The notes under the pieces: model-generated
The model's input: only the letters and a program-made list of their open reading frames with translations
Told to the model about the DNA's origin: nothing
The model's database searches: none
Part shown: positions 56,803-64,000 of the stretch, piece by piece
How the letters are laid out: each line of letters begins with the position of its first letter
Position numbering within the stretch: position 1 is the first letter of the stretch
Origin: a virus
Lineage: Duplodnaviria; Caudoviricetes
DNA length: 64,000 nt
Reading direction: 5' to 3' (one strand)
Virus record (IMG/VR): IMGVR_UViG_3300032335_001233
Span: 32,001-96,000 of that record
Program-made: the position numbers and the translations under genes

Positions 56803-57774
56803 TTACCAGGCGCGGCAGCTCCAGTACCGAGCTTTCCAACGCGGTCCGGGATTGTCGCAGTTGTGACGTGCACGAAAGTTCTTTCTACGTCCTGGAATAC
56901 TTTTCTTGATCTTCATGCCTTTTTGGCCAAAGTTCACTTTGACCACATTGCCTTTGGGGCCGCGTACATAAACTTTTGATTTTTTAACATCTCCTGCCAT
57001 GGGCTTGCCCAAGGGAACTTCTCGACCTTGATATTTGGCTTCGTCCATGTCTTGCTCATCCAGTGATTTGTTGGGCTGCGCCGCCAGCATGCGAATCACG
57101 TTCTGAGTCCAAGCTGATACATCGCTGGTACCAATTTCGTCAACGTCGCCTACATAATCAGCTAATTCATCCACAGCGTCCATGACCTTGGCTGGACCGT
57201 GAGCAGCTAGTACACCTGGGTGTTGCATCATGATACGATGTAACACCGCCCGAGCCACTGGGTTGGGCTCGTCATAGCTTTCTTCAATACGTTCGTCTTG
57301 ATTTGATTCAATATAGTCGGCTGCGGTGTCTACATAGTCAGCCGCTTTGTTGATCTTGCTCTGTACCCATTCAGGCATGTTTTCGTTGTCGTCCAACATG
57401 CCTGTGAGTCGTCGAGCAGCACGCACAATGGTTTCAAGATCGTCTTTGGCCATGTCGCCTTCGTAGTCATACTCGCCAGCTTCGGCATCTTGATCATCGT
57501 GATTGTGTGCTTCCATGCTGGCCACGGGTTTGACCGGTGCTGTGGCCACAGACTGTGCTAGTTGACCAAAATCACCTTCACTCAAAAATCCATAGCTTTC
57601 CAGCAGGCCCATCATTTTTTCATCAGCGTGGAGCACAATACCGTCTGAGGTTTCATCACAGATGTATGTTTCCAGCAAGCATTCTTCGCGAATATTGATG
57701 GCAAAGTTGTCGCCACGAACTGGGCGACTGTAATGGTCTTCAGATTCATTAAGATATTCGCGTAATGACTTCAT
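56803..57774 (-). CDS. Modular internal head protein with basic C-terminal domain
   Basis: MKSLREYLNE start; RRKNFRARHNC...RYWSCRAW domain. Confidence 0.65.
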   Translation of the reverse strand: MKSLREYLNESEDHYSRPVRGDNFAINIREECLLETYICDETSDGIVLHADEKMMGLLESYGFLSEGDFGQLAQSVATAPVKPVASMEAHNHDDQDAEAGEYDYEGDMAKDDLETIVRAARRLTGMLDDNENMPEWVQSKINKAADYVDTAADYIESNQDERIEESYDEPNPVARAVLHRIMMQHPGVLAAHGPAKVMDAVDELADYVGDVDEIGTSDVSAWTQNVIRMLAAQPNKSLDEQDMDEAKYQGREVPLGKPMAGDVKKSKVYVRGPKGNVVKVNFGQKGMKIKKSIPGRRKNFRARHNCDNPGPRWKARYWSCRAW

Positions 57775-57776
57775 GA

Positions 57777-59621
57777 TTATCCTTTGTAGGCTCGCCACTG
57801 ATTGGTAAGATCAAAAATACTTTCTTTGACTTTTTCCATGTCGCCGTCACCGTCTAGGTCAGCTTCTTTCTTGCCGTCGGCACGTGCTTTGGCTAGATTA
57901 CCAGTGAACAAATTGCCTTCTTCTGTGCGCTCTTCCTGAGCAATGCCAGCCATTTCTCTCAAGCGAGCCAATGCATCTTCTTCGCCCAAGGTGATGTCAT
58001 CACCAGTGCGTCCCATAGCATCGTCTTCATCAGTGACTTGACGATCAGTCTGACTGGCAATCACTGGCACAGTGGTTTGACCAGTGCTCTTGGGCTTGTT
58101 GATGCCGCCTGCGTACTGCATGACATCGTCATTGATTTCGGTGTTAGTAGGATAGTCTGGGGCGTTTTCTGTGGCCTCAGTATCGCCATAGGCTTCTTCC
58201 ATTTGGTCACAACTGCAGGGACTGGTTCCGCAACCACAGCCGCCCTCGCCGCCCATGCCAGCCATCTTCAACAGCTTGCCCAGATACACAGCATCCTCGT
58301 CGGTGGCTGTGACTGTAAGGCTCTTGGTAGGGCCTCCTTGTGGGTCAGTGCTCATGTTCATGCTGACATTCATGCTTTCAGCAATCATTTGTTCCAGTTC
58401 ACGGTTGAAGCTGTCATAGATGCCTTTGCCAAATTGCATGCCGCCTTTGCTGCCTGTGGCCTTGGGGGCTTCGTCTGTGCTTTCCTCAGTTTTCTTCTTG
58501 CCAACTTTTTCAGGCAGGCCTTTGTGCTTGGTTGAAGCAAATTTTTCAGCTTCTTTTTTGGGCATTGACTTGGCTACTTTGGCCACTTCTTTGCTGGGTG
58601 CTTTCTCGCCTTTTTGAGTAGCGTGTACCATGCCCATGAACTTTTGCTGAGACTTGCTTACAGCTTTTTCATCAATTTCTTCTTCTCTGACTTGTGCACC
58701 GCCTGCTTGTTGATTTTTAATCAGGGTCATTGCTGCGTACAACACAGACTCTAAACGGCTAGCAAAACCTTGTGGGAATTCACCGCCGCGCTGTGCTTGT
58801 TTGGCTGTGGCACGAATTTCAGCAAGGTCGTCATAAATTTGTTGTGCTTGACCATAATCAGCACCTTCTTTGGTCATTAGTTTGCTCTTGCCACTTGGTC
58901 CTTTGGCACCAATACTTTTGCCAGTGCCCTTGGGACGGCCACGACCTTTCTTTTGTGGTTGGCCTTCTCCATCGCCTACATCAGTTTCACCAGTCTTGTC
59001 ATCGTATCTACGAGTGTGGCGAATGCCAGTGGTGGTACGTTCAATTTCGCCTTTGTGGCCTTGGATCTTTTCACCTGGCTTCATTTGTCCACGACGACGG
59101 TCCACGTCCTTGATCATGTCGTCCCATCCTTCGTCCACAGTGTCAGGATCAGCACCGCGCAATCGAGCCAGGCCCTTGCGGTCGCTGATGTTGCGTTCAC
59201 GGTCCTTGTCAAGGTCTTTCTGTGTGGTTTTCCAGTCACCGCCCTTGGCCTTGCGTTGAAACGCTGGAACATCTACTTTCTTGGCGCGATTGTGTTCAGG
59301 TGCGACTTCGCCTTCATCCATTTTGTCATGCTTGTTGCGAATGGCGTCCATCTTTTGTTTGCTGACACCATCGCGCCCGGCCTTTTGCAAGGCCTTCATG
59401 CCTTGCTCACCGTACTTCTTTTTGCCAAGGTATGCTTGTAGAGCACTTTCGTCCATGTCAGACTTGCGTGCTGAACCAGCAGCTTTTTTCATGGGTTCGG
59501 TTTTGTTGCCGTCGCGATCAAGGTCCAAGAAGTCAGGCTTGGCGCCTTCATTGAGTTGTCGCTGAACTGGCTTGGCAGCAATAGAGTTCAGTCGTGCGTT
59601 CAGGTCGTAAAAAAATGTCAT
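57777..59621 (-). CDS. Modular internal head polyprotein-like protein
   Basis: About a dozen x-x-E^G/S/A junctions; AT-hook GRGRPK; DxDxDG loops; DUF3008-like KAVSKSQQKFMG..STKHKGLP. Confidence 0.65.
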   Translation of the reverse strand: MTFFYDLNARLNSIAAKPVQRQLNEGAKPDFLDLDRDGNKTEPMKKAAGSARKSDMDESALQAYLGKKKYGEQGMKALQKAGRDGVSKQKMDAIRNKHDKMDEGEVAPEHNRAKKVDVPAFQRKAKGGDWKTTQKDLDKDRERNISDRKGLARLRGADPDTVDEGWDDMIKDVDRRRGQMKPGEKIQGHKGEIERTTTGIRHTRRYDDKTGETDVGDGEGQPQKKGRGRPKGTGKSIGAKGPSGKSKLMTKEGADYGQAQQIYDDLAEIRATAKQAQRGGEFPQGFASRLESVLYAAMTLIKNQQAGGAQVREEEIDEKAVSKSQQKFMGMVHATQKGEKAPSKEVAKVAKSMPKKEAEKFASTKHKGLPEKVGKKKTEESTDEAPKATGSKGGMQFGKGIYDSFNRELEQMIAESMNVSMNMSTDPQGGPTKSLTVTATDEDAVYLGKLLKMAGMGGEGGCGCGTSPCSCDQMEEAYGDTEATENAPDYPTNTEINDDVMQYAGGINKPKSTGQTTVPVIASQTDRQVTDEDDAMGRTGDDITLGEEDALARLREMAGIAQEERTEEGNLFTGNLAKARADGKKEADLDGDGDMEKVKESIFDLTNQWRAYKG

Positions 59622-59625
59622 GTTG

Positions 59626-60234
59626 TTATCCTCTTGGGTTTGCGCCAGTGGCTGGCTTTGCGGGACGCTTGATGTTTGTCATAGGGCTTTTCACACCCTG
59701 GGGCAAATCGTTTGTGGTCCGGGCTGGCGGTGTCTTGCCCCCGGCCACAGTGAAATCACTGCGATAGGCATTTTTCAACACTGCATGATCATAAGGCCCA
59801 GTGGCATAGTCTTTTTTCAAAGCACGTTGCTCAGCAGTGTCTGTGGGGTAGTCAGTGTCTTTCAACAGATCTTTGTTGTCATCTTCAATGGCATCGTTTT
59901 CACGAGTCATGCTTTCCTCGTAGTTGCGAGTGTTCATCACAATGCGATTGGGATCAAAGTTCATGAGCTGCGCCAACTGTTTGATCTGTGGCTCAATGGC
60001 TGGATAGCGAGTGTCTACATCGACAATGGTCACACGTTCGTTCTTGAATGCTGGAAAGTCAGGATTGACCTGACGCACTGGTGTCACTCTGGGTGTGCTC
60101 ATTTTGATCACATCAAATTGACTCATTCGATCTCGAAGGCCTCGCTCAAAATCAGCAGGCACATCGCCGGCAATTTTGATGCGATATGTGTACACACGTT
60201 CACTTTCGGCTAGGTAATGTGCAAATGGTTTCAT
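59626..60234 (-). CDS. Virion (head) protein
   Basis: MKPFAHYLAE^S start resembling the T4 capsid-targeting sequence; TAAATA upstream. Confidence 0.6.
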   Translation of the reverse strand: MKPFAHYLAESERVYTYRIKIAGDVPADFERGLRDRMSQFDVIKMSTPRVTPVRQVNPDFPAFKNERVTIVDVDTRYPAIEPQIKQLAQLMNFDPNRIVMNTRNYEESMTRENDAIEDDNKDLLKDTDYPTDTAEQRALKKDYATGPYDHAVLKNAYRSDFTVAGGKTPPARTTNDLPQGVKSPMTNIKRPAKPATGANPRG

Positions 60235-60254
60235 GTTGGTATCCTATTGAGTAT

Positions 60255-60740
60255 TTAGTCTGTTTTGGTGTTTTGCTCAGGGGCTCGTATGCGAGCCAAC
60301 AAGTCATTGCGACTCAACACCACCCCAGTTCCAGTTTGCGTGGGGGTAACGTCACCAGCAGCCTGCTGTTGTTGATCCAGTCGAGCTTTTTTCAGTTGCA
60401 GATCAATCATTTTGAGTTTTTTGTCCAGTTTGGCTGTTTTGGCTGTGATGGCATGTCCCAACATGTTTGATGCTACTGAGAATATATCGCTGGCAAAACG
60501 ACTGTCCACTTGCATGCCAAGATCCATGAGTTCACGATAGCTGTTGGTGGCCATGTCAGCAAGACCATCCATTTCTTGGTCTGAACTTTCTAGTCCTCGC
60601 ACACCAGGCAAGGCTTCGTCTATCTTGTCTATGGCTGTGTCTATGGCTGTGATGGTTTCACGGCTAATGGGCAGAGGTGACTGTTCGTTTTCTGCATCGC
60701 TGGAGGGGAGATCAAACAGTTCTTCTAATTTCTTGGTCAT
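60255..60740 (-). CDS. Probable terminase small subunit (gp16-like)
   Basis: Helical 161 aa with R.DLL tail, next to the gp4-like gene; weak. Confidence 0.5.
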   Translation of the reverse strand: MTKKLEELFDLPSSDAENEQSPLPISRETITAIDTAIDKIDEALPGVRGLESSDQEMDGLADMATNSYRELMDLGMQVDSRFASDIFSVASNMLGHAITAKTAKLDKKLKMIDLQLKKARLDQQQQAAGDVTPTQTGTGVVLSRNDLLARIRAPEQNTKTD

Positions 60741-60755
60741 GCCATATTTATGGGG

Positions 60756-61187
60756 TCAGGCACGACCGTTATGGAACATTTGATCTTCAGTTATGACTCT
60801 AAAAGTAATGCCTTGACGTTGGCACCATTTTTGTGCAGCAGCCCACTTGGCATAGTTGATGGCAACCACAGCACGATCTCGACTGCTCATTTTGCTTTCA
60901 ATCACGCTCTGCTTTTTGGGCTTGATTTCTACTAGTTCGGCTCGAACTGTGTTGTTGCGAGTGCGATAGGTAATAAAAAAATCTGGTATGTAGATAGTTT
61001 GTTTGCCGGTCAAGGGATGCCGATAGGGTATCTGTATGGATTCTGATGCCCACTGCAAAATGTGATCGTTTTGATCACAAAATCTCATGAAGCTGTGTTC
61101 CCAGCCTGATCTAAATCGTGGTTTGCCCGTGCCCACATATTTGGCAGGATTTTGTACTTCATAAACCCCTTGGGCCCAGCGACTCAT
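60756..61187 (-). CDS. Head completion nuclease (T4 gp4/TnsA-like)
   Basis: RSGWE..FM..CD, WASE, Y.PDF, EIKP, KW.AA, ITE. Confidence 0.9.
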   Translation of the reverse strand: MSRWAQGVYEVQNPAKYVGTGKPRFRSGWEHSFMRFCDQNDHILQWASESIQIPYRHPLTGKQTIYIPDFFITYRTRNNTVRAELVEIKPKKQSVIESKMSSRDRAVVAINYAKWAAAQKWCQRQGITFRVITEDQMFHNGRA

Positions 61188-61558
61188 TGCACTACGTTTC
61201 TGGCAGCGTAAAAGTTGGGAGTTGAACGAGCATTCACACCCAACAACACAGCACCGTTACGAATGCTGTTGAGATAGTAGGCCAATGTAGCATTGAGATT
61301 TACACCGCCTTGACCTTGAAATTCTTGCAGCAGTGTCAAGGGCGGAATGCCAGTTTGTTCAGCCACTCTAAACAAGCTCACAGTGAAGTTGTTGGCAGCT
61401 TGACGACTAGTCATGGTGCTGAGGAAATAACTGCGTACCACGTCGTATTCGGCTGCTGGCACGTTGACATCATACTCGTAGAAAGCGTCAAACACTCTGG
61501 CAGTGAGATCAATGTTGGGGTTTTCGTAGTTGACTGAGGTATTGAGATTGATTGCCAT
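61184..61558 (-). CDS. Hypothetical virion protein
   Basis: Coupled ORF in the tail operon. Confidence 0.6.
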   Translation of the reverse strand: MAINLNTSVNYENPNIDLTARVFDAFYEYDVNVPAAEYDVVRSYFLSTMTSRQAANNFTVSLFRVAEQTGIPPLTLLQEFQGQGGVNLNATLAYYLNSIRNGAVLLGVNARSTPNFYAARNVVQ

Positions 61559-61560
61559 GG

Positions 61561-62703
61561 TTAACCGCCTGTGCCTGGAGTATTAGGGTTGCCGGTACCA
61601 GGTTTGGGGAACACCCAGCCATCAACTTTGTTGGCCACTTGACGCACTGCGCCCGGAGACGTAGTGCCACGTATAACTTCAGTGCCCAAGCTGCGAGCTT
61701 CACTCGTCACAATGTTTCGAAGATTTTTGCCTTTGAAGGTATTGTAGGCTGTGCCAGCTTTTTGTGCTGCACCAATGAGTCCCAGTACTGAGCCTGATTG
61801 CAAATCTTCAAGAATGCCAGCACTGGTGTCCAACAATCCACCTTGACCAAACACTGTGGCATTTGATCCTGGTCGGCTAATAGGACTGAGTGTGGTGTCG
61901 TAGTGTGCAGGATCAGCAAAGCCTTTGACATTGACGTCGGGTCTGCTGCGACTCACAGCACCATTGTAGTATTTTACAGTTTCATAGGCTATGGTCATGG
62001 TGTTTTGCATTACACCATTGCCTTGGCTGTAGTCATATGTGTCGTGTTGCCAGTTTGTGATAATGGGATTGATCAGCACATACTCAGCAAACTTGTGCTG
62101 ATCCATGCCGTAGATTCTAATATCCAAAAAGAACGGAGGTTTGCCTGACGCTGCACTGGTGCCGTCTTTGAAACTTTCGCCAATGAACCCCCAGTCGTTG
62201 ACATTGGCAGTGCGATTTTGCTCGTAGATGTCACGTGCATTATAGCCAAAGCCGGCCTGACGTTGTGCACTGGCACCTAAACTGCCGTTTTGATTGTTGG
62301 GGCTGAGATACTGTTGTGTGGGATCTTTGTAGTAATAACTGTAGTAGTTGTACCACATGTTGCGCACCACATCACCTGAGTCATCGTGAAAAGTCACGTT
62401 GATGGGGTCATACTTGATGCCAGTTTGAATCACACGCTTGCGATTGTACTGATTCATGACGTCAGTGTTCACAGTGTACTTGGGCAAGTCAATGGTTTTG
62501 ACCACTAGACTGATATTTTGATTGTCTTGTACGCTGAGGCTGGGTATGGCTTGACTGTTTATAGTGAAGCTAACATGATAAAGAAACTTGAAGCGTGGCT
62601 TGAGTTCGTACTGGTTGGTACGAAAGGTACGGCTTGCGTGAGTGTAATCACGCAAGCTCTCTACCTGGGTAAAGCCTTTAAGGAAGTCTTGTCCGAAGCC
62701 CAT
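61561..62703 (-). CDS. Tail-tube-like baseplate initiator (gp48/gp54-like)
   Basis: PRFKFLYHV.F, LPK, YN.KR, YDP...TFHDD, YE. Confidence 0.75.
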   Translation of the reverse strand: MGFGQDFLKGFTQVESLRDYTHASRTFRTNQYELKPRFKFLYHVSFTINSQAIPSLSVQDNQNISLVVKTIDLPKYTVNTDVMNQYNRKRVIQTGIKYDPINVTFHDDSGDVVRNMWYNYYSYYYKDPTQQYLSPNNQNGSLGASAQRQAGFGYNARDIYEQNRTANVNDWGFIGESFKDGTSAASGKPPFFLDIRIYGMDQHKFAEYVLINPIITNWQHDTYDYSQGNGVMQNTMTIAYETVKYYNGAVSRSRPDVNVKGFADPAHYDTTLSPISRPGSNATVFGQGGLLDTSAGILEDLQSGSVLGLIGAAQKAGTAYNTFKGKNLRNIVTSEARSLGTEVIRGTTSPGAVRQVANKVDGWVFPKPGTGNPNTPGTGG

Positions 62704-62714
62704 CAAGGCCCCTC

Positions 62715-63368
62715 TTAACCAGCGGCGCCGGCGCCTGTTACTGAACCAAATGCATCTCTTGTTACTGCACCAATCACACCACCAATGCTGGCAGCAGCAG
62801 CGTTGTCACCTTGGAACAGCGCAGCGTTGTCGTAAGCAATGGTCATGCTGATTGTGACCGGGGCACTTTCGCCATAGTTCATGGAACCATAGTCAGCACC
62901 TTTGAGGTAACAACCATACAGTTCCCAAGTTTCAAGCACAACGGGCTCAACGTTGCCGTTGCCGCCGTCAAGAATTTCAAACTTGGTCTGGAACTTGTAA
63001 TCAATGCCCGAAGCAGCCGACGCCATTTCCAAGAAGTCCAATTGTTTCTGGAACTGTTCGCCCACCAACTTGCTCACACTGTTGCTGGCATCATCGCGAA
63101 TTTCGCATGTGGTGTCAGCCCAGGTGTGCTTGCCAGCCAGCTTCAGTGTTGAGTTATAGACTGGCAGTGCAATTTCTTCAAACGTCAAGTTGGGACGGTT
63201 GAAGCTGATAACCTGCTTGGTAAGTTCTGTGGTTTCTTTGCTAACGCCAAAATTTATAAATGTCACTCGAAAGCGATATTTGAGTTTGGGCATCAACAGG
63301 CCTTGGGCACTAGCGCTCTGGTCACTGGCCAAAGGCACTGTCATTCTGTTTAGTGATGCAACTGCCAT
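62715..63368 (-). CDS. Tail tube protein (gp19-like)
   Basis: PKLKYRFRV.F, RP, AGK.TW, W.L.GC, YD.A; follows the sheath gene. Confidence 0.85.
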   Translation of the reverse strand: MAVASLNRMTVPLASDQSASAQGLLMPKLKYRFRVTFINFGVSKETTELTKQVISFNRPNLTFEEIALPVYNSTLKLAGKHTWADTTCEIRDDASNSVSKLVGEQFQKQLDFLEMASAASGIDYKFQTKFEILDGGNGNVEPVVLETWELYGCYLKGADYGSMNYGESAPVTISMTIAYDNAALFQGDNAAAASIGGVIGAVTRDAFGSVTGAGAAG

Positions 63369-63417
63369 TTTAGATATCTCCTATGTGTTTATTTATCTGC
63401 TTTCAAGGCCCAATTTC

Positions 63418-64000
63418 TTAGGCCGCAGCTCCTGATATCTCACCAGTGTTCTTGATACGCAGCGGAATGTAGATGAATTCCACAGCCTTGACTGGTTCAA
63501 TAGCAATATCCACCCAAAGCTCGTTACGGTCAATACGTGCAGGTGTGTTGTTGCTCAAGTCACAAACAACTAGGTAATCGTAAATTGCTCGTTTAGCAAT
63601 CAAGTCAATCATCAAGCTGTTGCACTGACCAGCAATCTCGTCACGTGTGATCTGATCATTGGGTTCAAACAAGTACAGTTTGCCAATCTCTTCCAGGCGT
63701 CCACGCAAGAATGCAACCAAACGTGCTACGTTGATGCGATCCAAGGCCGAAGTCACTGTGGTCGAAGTCTTGTTACCAAAGTTCACAATACCAATACCTG
63801 GGATGAACGTGATGGGGTTGATGTTGCGCTCGTACAGGATGTCACGTACCGCTTGGCTCACACCCACTTGTACAAACTCTCCGGTCTGTGCATCCACATA
63901 ACCAATAGCCGCAGCGTTGTCAACCACACCACGACGTGTACCAGCTGGTGCCAACCATGGATAGCTCACAGCGTCTGAGCGCAGTATGGTGCGCATCATC
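63418..64000 (-). CDS. Tail sheath protein (gp18-like), C-terminal part
   Basis: PWLAPAG..RG, INPI, GNKT, DRINVARL, FEPND, P.KAVEFI. Confidence 0.95.
   Translation of the reverse strand, partial: MMRTILRSDAVSYPWLAPAGTRRGVVDNAAAIGYVDAQTGEFVQVGVSQAVRDILYERNINPITFIPGIGIVNFGNKTSTTVTSALDRINVARLVAFLRGRLEEIGKLYLFEPNDQITRDEIAGQCNSLMIDLIAKRAIYDYLVVCDLSNNTPARIDRNELWVDIAIEPVKAVEFIYIPLRIKNTGEISGAAA

Noticed and set aside
60756-61187. TnsA-like nuclease as a transposon marker
   Set aside because: Sequence and tail/packaging context fit the T4 gp4 head-completion protein, and no other Tn7 genes are present.
1-64000. tRNA genes, CRISPR arrays, IS elements, DGR or reverse transcriptase
   Set aside because: No cloverleaf, regularly spaced repeats, transposase or RT motifs were seen, and intergenic space is minimal. 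Checked by eye only.
1-64000. Stop-codon reassignment
   Set aside because: The standard code yields full-length, tightly coupled genes.

Overview
This is a 64 kb segment of a large lytic T4-related (myovirus, probably jumbo-class) phage genome, densely coded and mostly on the minus strand. A Comamonadaceae/Burkholderiales-type porin points to an aquatic betaproteobacterial host (inference). Virion and packaging genes: tail sheath (partial), tail tube, tube/baseplate paralog, gp4-like head-completion nuclease, large and probable small terminase, PAAR spike and fibre proteins. Replication and recombination genes: nrdA/nrdB/glutaredoxin, primase, DnaB/gp41 helicase, UvsW, UvsX/RecA, UvsY, gp32 SSB and a 189-aa mini-DnaE. 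Accessory genes: IscU/IscA, MetK, a ~9 kb glycosyltransferase/methyltransferase cluster, an amidinotransferase, a PRMT-like methyltransferase, a radical SAM enzyme, a 2OG-Fe(II) oxygenase and a secreted nuclease. The most notable candidates are: (1) a 3'-UTR hairpin whose UUGGCU loop is antisense to the GGAGCCAA ribosome-binding site shared by two early genes that also share a promoter type and palindromic operator; (2) probable head-packaged, protease-processed modular polyproteins, including an NTase-RNA-ligase fusion; (3) the mini C-family polymerase; (4) a possible amidino-transfer plus guanidino-methylation pathway; (5) apparently leaderless transcripts. No tRNA, CRISPR array, intron, intact intein or IS element was recognised. 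All calls are by eye from motifs; no searches were run.
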